Of a stretch of 64,000 nucleotides of DNA, positions 50,475 to 60,649 are shown in pieces; within the stretch, counting starts at the first letter, position 1, and every line of letters starts with the position of its first letter. Source of the DNA: Gemmatimonadales bacterium (GTDB lineage: Bacteria; Gemmatimonadota; Gemmatimonadetes; Gemmatimonadales; GWC2-71-9); contig DATBLR010000041.1 of assembly GCA_036555275.1 (NCBI GenBank), forward strand, positions 1,711 to 65,710, given 5' to 3'. A model generated the notes under the pieces. It saw only the letters and a list, made by a program, of their open reading frames with translations, was not told the origin of the DNA and did not search any database. The position numbers were made by a program, and so were the translations under genes.

Positions 50475-51149
50475 ATGACCGTTGCCGCCCTTTCCGCTGC
50501 GCAGGCTGATGCTGCGGTCACCGTGCTCTGCGAGGCTTTCCATGACTACCCCGTCATGCGACACGTCCTGGGCCCGGGACGTGACTATGACCGGCGGCTG
50601 CGCACGCTGATCGCCTTCTTCGTGAGCGCCAGGGTGCTGCGCGCCGAGCCCGTGCTGGGGATCGCCGACAATACCGGTGCCATGACGGCCGTTGCGCTGG
50701 TGACCCTGCCGGGAGAGCGGGCCTCACCGGAGCAGCTGGCGGTTCGCCGGGAGGCGGTCTGGGAGGAGCTGGGTGCCGCTGAGCGCGCGCGTTACGACGC
50801 CTTCGGCATCGCCAGCCACCGGTTCACGATCGACACTCCCCACTATCATTTGAACATGATCGGCGTGCGGCGGTCCCACGCCGGGCGTGGGCTGGCCCGG
50901 CAACTACTCGACGCCGTGCACAACCTGTCCCAGACCGATAGCTTCTCCTGCGGAGCGACCCTGAGCACCGAGAGCCCCCGCAATCTCGCCCTCTACGAAC
51001 ACTTCGGATACCGACTTCTCGGCCACGCCCGAGTCGCGGACGATCTGCAGACGTGGGGGTTCTTCCGGGCTGACACTCCGCATCCATCAATCGCGGCCGG
51101 GAATCGGCAGGCAACGCCCGGCCAGCCCACTGGGGAGTCGGCTTCGTGA
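50475..51149 (+). CDS. GNAT family N-acetyltransferase
   Basis: ORF 224 aa. HYHLNMIGVRRSHAGRGLARQLLDAV...NLALYEHFGY. Confidence 0.75.
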   Translation: MTVAALSAAQADAAVTVLCEAFHDYPVMRHVLGPGRDYDRRLRTLIAFFVSARVLRAEPVLGIADNTGAMTAVALVTLPGERASPEQLAVRREAVWEELGAAERARYDAFGIASHRFTIDTPHYHLNMIGVRRSHAGRGLARQLLDAVHNLSQTDSFSCGATLSTESPRNLALYEHFGYRLLGHARVADDLQTWGFFRADTPHPSIAAGNRQATPGQPTGESAS

Positions 51150-51523
51150 GCGCCTGGAAGCGCCACGCGATGCGGCTCCTCCCGGAGCGGGGCGGGCTCA
51201 TCGAGCAGGCCGACGGTCCGCTGGAGCTTCTCAGCAACCTGGCCCAGAATCTTGAGGAGGCCTACCTCCAACCCGACCCGCCCCGGGATTTCATCGAACG
51301 GCTCTGGGCCTTCGCCGCCTGGTGTGTTGCGCCCGAACGCCACGCCACCCTCCGCCGGGCGGCGATCGACTGCTTCTACGTTCCGGCCGCTCGATCCGGT
51401 CTTACCCGGCGGGAACTTCGCTGGCGCCTCTCGCACCCCGTCTTTGTCGAGTTCCGACAGGTCTTCATGGCCAATCTGCCGGAGCCCCTCTACCAGGATC
51501 TGGCGGCGCTGGTGCAACGCTGA
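51146..51523 (+). CDS. hypothetical protein
   Basis: ORF 125 aa. GTG start overlaps the preceding TGA (GTGA). No family recognised. Confidence 0.5.
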   Translation: MSAWKRHAMRLLPERGGLIEQADGPLELLSNLAQNLEEAYLQPDPPRDFIERLWAFAAWCVAPERHATLRRAAIDCFYVPAARSGLTRRELRWRLSHPVFVEFRQVFMANLPEPLYQDLAALVQR

Positions 51524-51714
51524 GCCGGGCAATGGCCAATCTGCCGCCATGGTCATGGCGTGAACCGGCCCCGACAGAGCGGGCCCCGATGCAGGGATGT
51601 CGAGGAGTGTTTCGCGGCCACGCGGCGAATCGTACATTAGGTGGGGGAGAGGGCCGGACTGCAGCGCTGCACCAGCCTGCCAATGCCCCTTTCGCTACTC
51701 ACTCGACTTTCTCG

Positions 51715-52608
51715 ATGCGCGCTTGTCATCTGTTCCTGGTCACCGCCACACTGTGTTCCGCCACGCCAAGGGCCACAGTCGCCCAGCGGGTTCAACCTAC
51801 CTCCGGCGATACCCTCCTCGTCCGGGAGGTATTCCCGGGACCGGGCCCGGACACCGTCCTGATCACGCTCCGGTTCCATGGGGAATACAGCATTCTGGTG
51901 AGTCCTGCTTCAGCCCGCCTGAGCCTTCACCCCATCGGCAAGGGCCGCGCCGCCTTTGTCGCTCTGGTTTCGACCGGTGCGGTCGACGGGTCGGCCCGGT
52001 TTGAGGTGCACCCGTACGTCAGCGGGCCCCATTACCTCGTCGTAAGCCCGACCGTGCCGACGGACACTGTCGAATTCTCGGTCTGGGGGAACCCGCTGCT
52101 GGAAGCGGCCAATAAGGCCGAACGGGAGCGCCTGTGGGGAATTGGTGTTCTGGTGGCTGCGGGCTATTTGTCAGGCTACGCCACCCAAGGGTCAGACCGT
52201 TTCCCGGCAACGGGCAGCGCCGATATCGAAGGAGGACTCCTGGTGGGCTCCAGCGCGCGACTCAGCGGCCTGCTTGGTGCCGGTTATCAGGCACGCTACT
52301 CCGGCTCCCAACCAATCGTCTGGGTCTTCATCGAACCTCGGGTCGCCGTGATCGAGACGGCCCTCGCTCATCATCAGTTCGTGACCGGAATCGGGCTTCG
52401 CCTCGGCCAAGGCAACTCCGCCAGGACGGCGGTAGACCCCAGTCTGCTCGCACCGGCGCTGTATACAACCTATGCACTGGACTCGCGTCCGGGCGCTCGG
52501 GGCTGGCGAATCGGCGGACAGCTCCTGTACGGACGCCTGGGTGACCTCCCCACCCATCGGGATCGGACCTTCATGCGGGCTGCCGTGAGTCTCTCCTGGC
52601 TTCCCTGA
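51715..52608 (+). CDS. hypothetical secreted / outer-membrane-like protein
   Basis: ORF 51322..52608 trimmed to ATG 51715. Signal MRACHLFLVTATLCSATPRATVAQ. The C-terminal half has alternating beta-strand-like sequence. Confidence 0.55.
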   Translation: MRACHLFLVTATLCSATPRATVAQRVQPTSGDTLLVREVFPGPGPDTVLITLRFHGEYSILVSPASARLSLHPIGKGRAAFVALVSTGAVDGSARFEVHPYVSGPHYLVVSPTVPTDTVEFSVWGNPLLEAANKAERERLWGIGVLVAAGYLSGYATQGSDRFPATGSADIEGGLLVGSSARLSGLLGAGYQARYSGSQPIVWVFIEPRVAVIETALAHHQFVTGIGLRLGQGNSARTAVDPSLLAPALYTTYALDSRPGARGWRIGGQLLYGRLGDLPTHRDRTFMRAAVSLSWLP

Positions 52609-52694
52609 GGGGAGTGGGACTCTCGTACCAGCCGACGTCGGGACGGGCACACCGTATCGCCGCGACGTCTCCCTCAACGGCGGAGGACACTGAA

Positions 52695-53159
52695 GTGCCT
52701 CGGACCGAGACATCGAAGTCACCCACCATACGTTTTGAAGTAGTCACCCCGATCCTACGTGTTCGAGACCTTGCGGCCAGCATCGCCTACTACGGGCACG
52801 TGCTCGGGTTCACTCTTGATTGGCACGACCCCGGGAACATGGCAGCGGTGTCGCGTGATCGCGCGGTCATCATGCTGTGCGAAGGCGACCAGGGGAACCA
52901 CGCGACCTGGGTCTGGATCGGCGTCAACGATGCCGCGGTTCTCTTCGATGAGTACACCGCGAAGGGGGCCACGGTACGGCTGGCTCCGACTAACTACCCG
53001 TGGGCGTACGAGATGCAGATCGAGGACCCCGATGGGCACGTACTCCGCTTCGGCTCAGAGCCGAAGGTGGATCGCCCCTTCGGTGAATGGCGGGACATGC
53101 GCGGCGACAATTGGGTCAGGTCGCCCGCTGGCGAGTGGACGCGGGTCGAGCGCGCCTGA
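52695..53159 (+). CDS. VOC (glyoxalase/bleomycin-resistance) family protein
   Basis: ORF 52614..53159 trimmed to GTG 52695 (GGAGG 8 nt upstream). VTPILRVRDLAASIAYYGHVLGF...MQIEDPDGHVLRFG. Confidence 0.8.
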   Translation: MPRTETSKSPTIRFEVVTPILRVRDLAASIAYYGHVLGFTLDWHDPGNMAAVSRDRAVIMLCEGDQGNHATWVWIGVNDAAVLFDEYTAKGATVRLAPTNYPWAYEMQIEDPDGHVLRFGSEPKVDRPFGEWRDMRGDNWVRSPAGEWTRVERA

Positions 53160-53225
53160 CACCTCACAAGCCGCGCGCGCCCAGTTCCAGGCAGTCACCT
53201 CCCCCCTTCTTCTGGAACGCCTGCC

Positions 53226-53708
53226 GTGACCCTGCAACTCACCCTCGAGATTGTCCTGGCAGCGACCGCCTTGGCGCTGCTGGCCCGTGGGGTCCACCGC
53301 GTCTGGCTGGACCAGCTGCGCCGCCCTGTCACACTTCTCGTCTGGGCCTTCCTGACGGCCATTCTCCTCGGCGCCATTGGCGGCGGTCAGCACCCTGATC
53401 CCTGGTGGTTCGTCCTGCCAGCGGCGGTCCTCGTCTGGGAAGCGCAGCGGGGATGGCGCCAGGCGCCCCGGTGCCACCTGTGGGAAGTGGGCATCGGGGC
53501 TCTCTCCGCGGCCCTGGCCCTCTACATCTTGAGTCTCGGCGCGGCCCCTGCCTGGCTCGCGCCCACGGCACTCAGCCTGGCCGTCGGACTGGCCCTGATC
53601 GGGGCGGGTCTGCTTTTCCGCTCGCGCCGGCGCGAGCCAACCATTTCGCGTTCGGACGATTGGGCCCACTACGAGCGCCGCGAGGAACGGCGACGGGGAC
53701 CACTCTAG
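53226..53708 (+). CDS. hypothetical membrane protein
   Basis: ORF 160 aa with GTG start and four hydrophobic helices. Confidence 0.5.
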   Translation: MTLQLTLEIVLAATALALLARGVHRVWLDQLRRPVTLLVWAFLTAILLGAIGGGQHPDPWWFVLPAAVLVWEAQRGWRQAPRCHLWEVGIGALSAALALYILSLGAAPAWLAPTALSLAVGLALIGAGLLFRSRRREPTISRSDDWAHYERREERRRGPL

Positions 53709-53782
53709 CCAAGTCCTCCTTCAGGCGGTAAGCTAGCCATCGCGCCGCCGGTCCCCAGCCTTCGGACCCGGCCCTGAGGCAT

Positions 53783-54307
53783 ATGACCGAACAGCAGGTC
53801 CACGATCCGCCCGCCCCACCCGATGAGGGCGCTCCGGAGCGCCAATCGGCGCGACGAGAGGGAGGAACGGCTTCAGGCAATCATCCGACCGCGCTGTTTC
53901 CCGAGCATCTCGGGCATCCGGGCCCCGCCCCGTCGCGCATACGCCGCCTGGCACGGGAGGCGGTGACCCTGCGCCGCAATCAGATTCCCCTCGGCCTGTT
54001 CATCGTCCTGTCGATCGTCGAGATCGGCCTCCTCATACAAGCGTACCAGCCTCCTCCAGAACCCCCACCGGACCCGTTTCTCGCCCACTTTTTCGTCTCG
54101 AGCGCTCAGTCGGGCACGAGCCTTTTCGGCAACGATCGGTACCTCGGTGAGATCGGTCCCGCAGGGCGCGAGTTCACCGTGTTGCCCGGGCAATTCCGCC
54201 TGCGCGTGATCCACAGTTACTGCCGCGCCACCGAGACAACCGTCGATTTCGGACCCGGCGAGCACCGCACCATCGGCAGGCTCGATCCCATCTGCAGCCA
54301 TCGTTAG
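53783..54307 (+). CDS. hypothetical single-pass membrane protein with PEGA-like C-terminal domain
   Basis: ORF 174 aa. TM helix IPLGLFIVLSIVEIGLLIQAY. C-terminus SGTSLFGNDRYLGEIGPAGREFTVLPGQFRLRV. Confidence 0.5.
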   Translation: MTEQQVHDPPAPPDEGAPERQSARREGGTASGNHPTALFPEHLGHPGPAPSRIRRLAREAVTLRRNQIPLGLFIVLSIVEIGLLIQAYQPPPEPPPDPFLAHFFVSSAQSGTSLFGNDRYLGEIGPAGREFTVLPGQFRLRVIHSYCRATETTVDFGPGEHRTIGRLDPICSHR

Positions 54308-54762
54308 GCGCCGAGACCCCCAGGCCCACCCGTTGCGTTGCGGCAGCAGCCATCGTCGGCCATTTGACAGTCTCGGCACCCAGTGGATTTGGCAGTCGAG
54401 GCCCTGTTCACGGTCTCAGGCCCGGCGTTCGGCTTGCGGGTCGCCCCGCTCCAGGTGCGCTTGCGCTCGCTGGCCCGGACGGCCGCGGCTGGGAGCACCC
54501 TGGGAGGAGGCGCTGTATCGCCGGCTGTCGCGCGGGTGGGAGCTGTCGGGCGTTCTTGCGATCATCACTCCACTCCTCGCGCTCGGCCTCATGGTCGCCA
54601 AGCCCGGTCCCTGAGGGATCCAAGCGTCGTGCCTGCGCCTGACCAGCGCTCCAACCCGCGCTTCAGAGGCCGAGGCTTTGCATGCTGCGGTGTTGCGGGG
54701 TTGTCATACGCCGGGTACGTTTGGCCGGCAGCCGATCCTTCCGCCGCTCTTTCTCCCGGACA

Positions 54763-55452
54763 ATGGTGCATCGAGAGCTTCATCGCACTGAGCGTATAGG
54801 CTGGCTCCGGGCCGCCGTGCTGGGTGCCAACGACGGCCTCATCTCCACCGGAAGCCTGGTTGTCGGCGTGGCGTCGGCCAATTCGGGCCGCGCCGAGATC
54901 CTCCTCGCCGCCTCGGCCGGGTTGGTAGCCGGGGCGCTCTCGATGGCCGCGGGCGAGTACGTGTCGGTCAGCTCGCAGGCGGCTACCGAGCATGCCGACC
55001 TGGCGCGGGAGCAGCGTGAACTCGCTGCGGACCCGACCGCCGAACGCGCCGAGCTTGCCGGGATCTACGTGGCGCGGGGCCTCACTCCCGAGCTGGCTGG
55101 TCAGGTCGCCGACCAGCTCATGGCCCACGATGCCCTGGCCGCCCACATGCGCGATGAGCTCGGACTGTCCGAGACGACTCGCGCCAGGCCCCTCCAGGCC
55201 GCGCTGGCGTCCGCCGCCGCCTTCGCCGTCGGGGCTTTGCCCCCGGTTGGGCTGGCCGCCCTGTCGCCAGGTCCTCTGCTGACTCCCCTGCTTGCGCTCA
55301 CTACCCTGCTGCTCCTGGCCGTCCTCGGCGCCGTCGCCGCTCGCCTCGGTGGCGCACCTCTTCTGAGCGGGGCCGTCCGGGTGACCTTCTGGGGGGCGCT
55401 GGCGATGGGATGCACCGCTCTGGTCGGGCGCCTCTTTGGGGCAAGCACATAG
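54763..55452 (+). CDS. VIT1/CCC1 family iron/manganese transporter
   Basis: ORF 54682..55452 trimmed to ATG 54763. [23 protein letters not shown]...[17 protein letters not shown]. Confidence 0.85.
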   Translation: MVHRELHRTERIGWLRAAVLGANDGLISTGSLVVGVASANSGRAEILLAASAGLVAGALSMAAGEYVSVSSQAATEHADLAREQRELAADPTAERAELAGIYVARGLTPELAGQVADQLMAHDALAAHMRDELGLSETTRARPLQAALASAAAFAVGALPPVGLAALSPGPLLTPLLALTTLLLLAVLGAVAARLGGAPLLSGAVRVTFWGALAMGCTALVGRLFGAST

Positions 55453-55624
55453 CCACGGCGGTCACCTGTCGGGGTGGCTGGCCCAAGGGCGGAGCGCTCA
55501 TGACGACCTTCCTGCGGCCCCCGGCACGATTCGTCGCATGCATCTGCCTCTGCACCGGCGTCGGCTCGTCGGCGCGGGCCAGGCCGCATCCACGACGCTC
55601 GCGAGGGTCCAGAAGGAGGCGCGC

Positions 55625-56023
55625 GTGCTGACCCACGCCACCGGAACGTTTGAAGTGAAACTGACTCCCCAACCTGTGGCCGATAGCACGGAGGGCACGG
55701 CCTTGGGCTGGATGTCAATCGATAAGCAGTATCATGGCGACCTCGAAGCTGTCAGCAAAGGCGAAATGCTTACCGCCTCCACCGACACCAAGGGCTCGGC
55801 CGGTTACGTGGCAATCGAGCGGGTGACCGGAACGCTGCATGGCCGCCACGGCAGCTTCATGCTGCAGCACAGCGGCACCATGACCCGCGGCGCGCCTCGA
55901 CTCGTCATTACAGTGGTTCCCGACTCAGGCACCGACCAACTCACAGGCCTTGCCGGAACGATGGTCATCACCATTGCGGACGGCCAGCATTCCTACGACC
56001 TCGAGTACACCCTGGGCCAGTGA
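55625..56023 (+). CDS. DUF3224 domain protein
   Basis: ORF 55436..56023. GTG 55625 with AAGGAGG upstream is proposed (ATG 55538 is an alternative). [14 protein letters not shown]...[22 protein letters not shown]. Confidence 0.7.
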   Translation: MLTHATGTFEVKLTPQPVADSTEGTALGWMSIDKQYHGDLEAVSKGEMLTASTDTKGSAGYVAIERVTGTLHGRHGSFMLQHSGTMTRGAPRLVITVVPDSGTDQLTGLAGTMVITIADGQHSYDLEYTLGQ

Positions 56024-56183
56024 GCGGTACGCGCGGACCCCGGTGCCCATTCCAGTCTGCAACTGAGTCCAGCGTGAACCCCCGCAATCGGGGTGCGTGA
56101 AACATGCGGATTGGTCGATCCGTCCGTCTCGCCTGACACTCGGGCCAGGCGATACTGACAATCCCAGCCAGCCACGTTGAGCC

Positions 56184-57530
56184 GTGTTGCGAGAGCGAGT
56201 CCCGGTCCTGACGGGCGAGGGCTCCGCCCGTCCCCGCGTCTCGGGCCGACACCGGTGCGCCTTGGCAGCCGCGCTCTACCTGGCCGGGAGCCCCGTCCGG
56301 CCGGGGCTTGCCCAGGCCCTGCCGGTCGCGAGTCCCGCCGACGTCGGACTCTCTCCAGCCGCGCTCGCGCGCATCGCCCCCGCCATGCAATCGTACATCG
56401 ATGCCGGGAAGCTGAGTGGCATCGTCGTCGCGATCGCGCGTCACGGGCGCCTCGCGTACCTTCAGGCCTTTGGCTTCATGGATCTCGCGCGTCGCACACC
56501 GATGCCAGCCGACGCGATCTTCCGCATCCTCTCGCTGACCAAGCCGGTGACGGCCGTGGCGGTCATGCAGCTCTACGATCGGGGACTGCTGCGCCTGGAC
56601 GATCCGGTGGCGCGATATGTTCCCGCGTTCAGGAAGGTGAAAGTCTACGACGCGGGCCCCGCGGACCATCCTTCCCTGCGTTCGCCCGACCGGGCGATCA
56701 CCATCCAGGACCTGCTGACCCACACGGCCGGGTTGACCTACGGGGGCTTCGGCGAGACCACGGTGGATTCGATCTATCGCCGTGCCAGGCTGCTCGGTCC
56801 TGGGCAATCGCTCGAGGAATTCGCCGACAGCGTCGCCCGGCTCCCGCTGCTCTTCTCACCCGGCACGGCGTGGAACTACAGCGTGGCGTTCGACGTCCTG
56901 GGTCGGGTGGTCGAAGTCGTCTCCGGCCAGCCCTACGACCAGTTCCTGGACGAGGAGCTGTTCCGTCCGCTCGCGATGGGTGAGACCACGTTCCATGCGC
57001 GGCCGGGAATGGCGGCCAGGGCGCCGACATTGTACGTCCAGGGCAGGGACGGCGGGCTGCACCCCGTTTCCGTTTCGCTGGACGGCGGCTACCGGCCTGA
57101 CTCACGGATGGTCGCCGGAGGGCATGGCCTGCTTTCCACCGTCGGTGACTACCTCCGGTTCTCTCAGATGCTGCTTAACGGAGGGGAGCTGAATGGCCGG
57201 CGGATCCTGAAGCAGACGACCGCTGCGCTGATGATGGCCAATCATCTCCCTTCCAGCCTCATCCCCATCGTGCCCGAGTGGCTGCATCAGTCCGGCTATG
57301 GTCAGGCCTTTGGCGGCGCGGTGCTGGTGGACTCGGCGGCGGCCGCCCCCGAGGCACCGGGGGCGGCGGGCATCTACCGTTGGACCGGATACGCCTCCAC
57401 CTATTGCTGGATCGACCCGCATGCCGATCTCACGGGCATTGTATGGAGCCAGCTCCTGCTTGCCGGCGGAGGGTACCCGCTCGACCTCGAGGTGCAGCGC
57501 ATCGTGTACTCCGGCATCACAACCCAATGA
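56184..57530 (+). CDS. serine hydrolase (class C beta-lactamase / PBP-like family)
   Basis: ORF 448 aa. SLTK active-site motif in IFRILSLTKPVTAVAVMQL. YSVAFDVLG, GGHGLLST. Confidence 0.85.
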   Translation: MLRERVPVLTGEGSARPRVSGRHRCALAAALYLAGSPVRPGLAQALPVASPADVGLSPAALARIAPAMQSYIDAGKLSGIVVAIARHGRLAYLQAFGFMDLARRTPMPADAIFRILSLTKPVTAVAVMQLYDRGLLRLDDPVARYVPAFRKVKVYDAGPADHPSLRSPDRAITIQDLLTHTAGLTYGGFGETTVDSIYRRARLLGPGQSLEEFADSVARLPLLFSPGTAWNYSVAFDVLGRVVEVVSGQPYDQFLDEELFRPLAMGETTFHARPGMAARAPTLYVQGRDGGLHPVSVSLDGGYRPDSRMVAGGHGLLSTVGDYLRFSQMLLNGGELNGRRILKQTTAALMMANHLPSSLIPIVPEWLHQSGYGQAFGGAVLVDSAAAAPEAPGAAGIYRWTGYASTYCWIDPHADLTGIVWSQLLLAGGGYPLDLEVQRIVYSGITTQ

Positions 57531-57709
57531 TGCCGAGGACGTCCGCCGCAGCGCTGCCGCGCCAGCGTCGGCTTCCAGGACCTGGCCGACTCCATAGCCA
57601 TCGCGGCGCTGGCTCGTGCACTTTGATGTCATGATCGAGGCGGGGTTCGGTAGATTGTGATGAGGCCCTCGACGCAGATAGAAGTTTCCCATTTTGCCCG
57701 GAGACCCCT

Positions 57710-58132
57710 GTGATCGCCCCACTCAGCGACCGATACCTTCCCGCCGCAAAGGCCGCGCTCCGCATCGCCGCCGGCCTGGCCTATTGGTCTCACGGTGCCC
57801 AGAAGCTCTTCGGATGGTTTGGCGGATCCGGACCCAACGGCGGCGCGGTGGATCTCATGACCCGCTACGGCGCCGCGGGCGTTGTCGAGGTGGTCGCCGG
57901 CGCCTGCATCGTCCTCGGCCTGGGCACCCGCCTCGCCGCCTTCCTGGCCTCCGGTGAGATGACGGTCGCCTATTTCTGGATCCACGTGGGCGGGAGCGGC
58001 CAGCTCTTCTGGTGGCAGAATCGTGGCGAGCTGGTGCTGCTGTATTCGTTCATCTGGCTGGTCTATGCCGCCTGGGGAGCGGGTCCGTTGAGCCTCGACG
58101 GATGGCTTGCCAGTCGCCGGCGAGGCACCTGA
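57710..58132 (+). CDS. DoxX family membrane protein
   Basis: ORF 140 aa with GTG start. LRIAAGLAYWSHGAQKLFGWFGG...GLGTRLAAFLASGEM. Confidence 0.8.
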   Translation: MIAPLSDRYLPAAKAALRIAAGLAYWSHGAQKLFGWFGGSGPNGGAVDLMTRYGAAGVVEVVAGACIVLGLGTRLAAFLASGEMTVAYFWIHVGGSGQLFWWQNRGELVLLYSFIWLVYAAWGAGPLSLDGWLASRRRGT

Positions 58133-58206
58133 GCCCCATCGGGGGCCGCCGGGACCCCGGCTCCTGTCTGTCGGAGCGACGAGACAGGGAAGCCAGGTCG
58201 GGAGGA

Positions 58207-58863
58207 ATGGTGGACCTGCGTCAAGTGTGGACATCCGTCGTGCAGGCAGCAGACCTCGATCAGCACATGGCCGCGAACGGGCAAGCGCCTGTTAACGCCT
58301 GTTTGCTGCTGCGCATGCTTGCCCATCTCACCTTGCCGCCGGGAGCCCGGATCCTCGTGCCGGGAGCCGGTACCGGTCAGCTCCTCGACTACGTGGATCC
58401 CGAGGAGCTGATTCCTTTTTCCTGGCTCTTCACCGACATCAACCCGGAGTTTCTCACGGTCCTGACCCGGCGCCTGCAGCGCTGTCCCGGCGTGACACAC
58501 GTCGCGATGGTCGACGATGCGGAGAATCCTCAGGTTCCCGGGCCCATCGAGGCTGTCCTCGCCGTGCTGGTCCTGGAGCACGTGAATTGGCACCGGGCCC
58601 TGGCGGCGTGGACCGAACGGGGAGTCTCCCGGATCGGCTGCATCATCCAGCGCAATGAAGCGGATTCCAGAATGCTGGCCCCCGGCCGGCCACTCACGCC
58701 TTCCATGGAGCGCTTCCGCGAGCTGGCTCGCCCCGAGCTCGTTCCGGAGGAGGCCCTGACCACCGAGCTGGCGGGTCGTGGTTACGAGCTTCACTGGCGA
58801 GCGGAGCAGGCAGTTCCGGATTCCAAGGCCATGATCGCCTTGCTGCACCGCCGCTCCGGATGA
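58207..58863 (+). CDS. class I SAM-dependent methyltransferase
   Basis: ORF 58012..58863 trimmed to ATG 58207 (GGAGG upstream). ILVPGAGTGQLL motif I. Confidence 0.7.
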   Translation: MVDLRQVWTSVVQAADLDQHMAANGQAPVNACLLLRMLAHLTLPPGARILVPGAGTGQLLDYVDPEELIPFSWLFTDINPEFLTVLTRRLQRCPGVTHVAMVDDAENPQVPGPIEAVLAVLVLEHVNWHRALAAWTERGVSRIGCIIQRNEADSRMLAPGRPLTPSMERFRELARPELVPEEALTTELAGRGYELHWRAEQAVPDSKAMIALLHRRSG

Positions 58864-59005
58864 AATCAGCCACTCCCGGCGTCAGTCGGCAGCGCATGGC
58901 GACCGGCGACATGACGCGCCGCCGATTGGCAAGGATGGAAAGCTGCTCATCTGCGGCGCAGGGTCGGGTGGAGTCACGGGGCAGCGGGCAAACCGGTGCG
59001 CCCGC

Positions 59006-59473
59006 ATGACCGCGACGCCGCCGTCTCAGGATCCGGCACCGGGTCGGGCTCGCCCCGCAGGGGTTGTCGCACTCTCGGCGTTCTTCGCTCTTGGCGCCGC
59101 GATCAGTTTGTGCACTGCCATCGCCCTTCTCTTTCCGGGCAGGGCGCTGGAGCCCATGTGGCGACTCAACCCGGATGCCCATGCCGCGTTTCTGGCCATG
59201 CGCGGCTGGGCCATCATGCTCATGGCCATCGTGTCCGCCGGCTGCGCCCTGTCGGCCATCGGCCTCTGGCAGCGCGCCCCGTGGGGCCGTTACCTGGCGG
59301 TGGGGTTGCTCGCCGTCAACCTGCTCGGGGACACTGCCAATGCAATCGTGCGGGACGACCGGCGCACACTCATCGGGCTTCCGATCGGGGGAGCGCTCAT
59401 CGCCTACCTGATGAGCGGGCGGGTAAAGGCGGCCATGACCGGCGGCCCGGCCAGCCCGGGGCGGCGTTCCTGA
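59006..59473 (+). CDS. hypothetical membrane protein
   Basis: ORF 155 aa with four hydrophobic helices. Confidence 0.5.
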   Translation: MTATPPSQDPAPGRARPAGVVALSAFFALGAAISLCTAIALLFPGRALEPMWRLNPDAHAAFLAMRGWAIMLMAIVSAGCALSAIGLWQRAPWGRYLAVGLLAVNLLGDTANAIVRDDRRTLIGLPIGGALIAYLMSGRVKAAMTGGPASPGRRS

Positions 59474-59570
59474 GCAATGTCACCTCACCTACCTTATATA
59501 CGAGGCGGGCGCTCGCTTCTCACCCAGGTTCTGGCGTGCCCGAGGTTCCCGGCTCCACAACGGACTCTCG

Positions 59571-59990
59571 ATGGATCTCAGCGCTGTCCCGGGGTACTCG
59601 GAGGAGGACTGGCATCGTGACCGGCAGTCTGAGGCCAGCGGCGTGCACCTCCTCTGCCCCAACTGCGGCCACGGAGAATGCTTCCACCCTCTCGGCATCC
59701 CTCCCCAGGATGGCGCCGAGCGGAAGTATCGGGCGTGCAAGGTCTGTGGCTTCTGGCAGGAAGCCGATGGCAGTCCCGCCTACCGTTGTGTGATGACCGT
59801 CCATACCTGCCTGGGCGCGCTCGCCTCAGGCCACCGCTGCGCCCACTGCGGGACAGCCGGGCCACGACACTGGCACCCCGGCTGCGTGCGCATGCTTCCG
59901 CCTCAGGACGTGGACAAGGCCTCCTGTGAGAATTGCGGCATCGTGCTCACCGCTGAGCACGTAGTGCCGTGGCCGGTCGCAGCCGTCTAG
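59571..59990 (+). CDS. Cys-rich (multi CxxC) hypothetical protein
   Basis: ORF 139 aa. CPNC..H..C, CKVC, C..H.C..C, CENC pairs suggest two or more zinc ribbons. Confidence 0.55.
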   Translation: MDLSAVPGYSEEDWHRDRQSEASGVHLLCPNCGHGECFHPLGIPPQDGAERKYRACKVCGFWQEADGSPAYRCVMTVHTCLGALASGHRCAHCGTAGPRHWHPGCVRMLPPQDVDKASCENCGIVLTAEHVVPWPVAAV

Positions 59991-60003
59991 CCGCGGGGAG
60001 CGC

Positions 60004-60609
60004 GTGGATTTTCCGCACCTCACCTACTCCGGGCCACCCATCGATGACCCTGCGATCCTGGCCAGCGTGCCCGAGACCTATGCCACCCTGCTGCGAGAGC
60101 GGAACGGCCTCATCGCGCTCTCCGGAGGGTTTCACCTGCGTGGCGCCTGCCGCAGCCCGGCATGGCACTCATTGCGCGCGGCCTGGGAGGGCTCTGCGGC
60201 GCTCTACCACCTCTTCCCCGCAATTCTGCCGACCGACGTCCCCTTCGGCGAGGAAGCCTGCGGCGATCAGTTTCTCCTCCGGAACGGAGAGGTTGTCCGG
60301 CTGTCCGCGGAGACTGGAGAGGTGAAGCCCGTCGCCCCCGACCTCGAGACATTTCTCACAAGGGTTCGGGATGACGGCATCGCCACCCTGGGGCTGGAGC
60401 CGCTGGTGGCCTTCCTCCGCGAAGGGCAAAAGCTGGAACCGGGGCAACTCCTGAGCGCTTTTCCCCCGTTCTGTGTCGAAGAGGCTAAGAACGGAGTTAC
60501 CCTGAAGGCAGTGTCCGGGGCCGAGCGGCTAGCCTTCCTCGCCGGCCTGGCTCGGCAGCTGAAGGACGTTCCGGACGGCGGCCACATCGAGCTCACGACA
60601 GGTCCCTGA
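60004..60609 (+). CDS. SMI1/KNR4 (SUKH superfamily) protein
   Basis: ORF 201 aa with GTG start. PETYATLLRERNGLIALSGGFHLRG...PFGEEACGDQFLL pattern. Confidence 0.6.
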   Translation: MDFPHLTYSGPPIDDPAILASVPETYATLLRERNGLIALSGGFHLRGACRSPAWHSLRAAWEGSAALYHLFPAILPTDVPFGEEACGDQFLLRNGEVVRLSAETGEVKPVAPDLETFLTRVRDDGIATLGLEPLVAFLREGQKLEPGQLLSAFPPFCVEEAKNGVTLKAVSGAERLAFLAGLARQLKDVPDGGHIELTTGP

Positions 60610-60649
60610 GACAGACTGCCGCCTCCCTCCCCGCCCTCTCGACAGCACC

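Noticed and set aside
51679-51691. The 13-mer GCCAATGCCCCTT is shared with the DinB cassette start (11663-11675).
   Set aside because: Chance is unlikely, but here the ATG opens an out-of-frame ORF relative to the credible gene (ATG 51715). I cannot support a function with only two copies.
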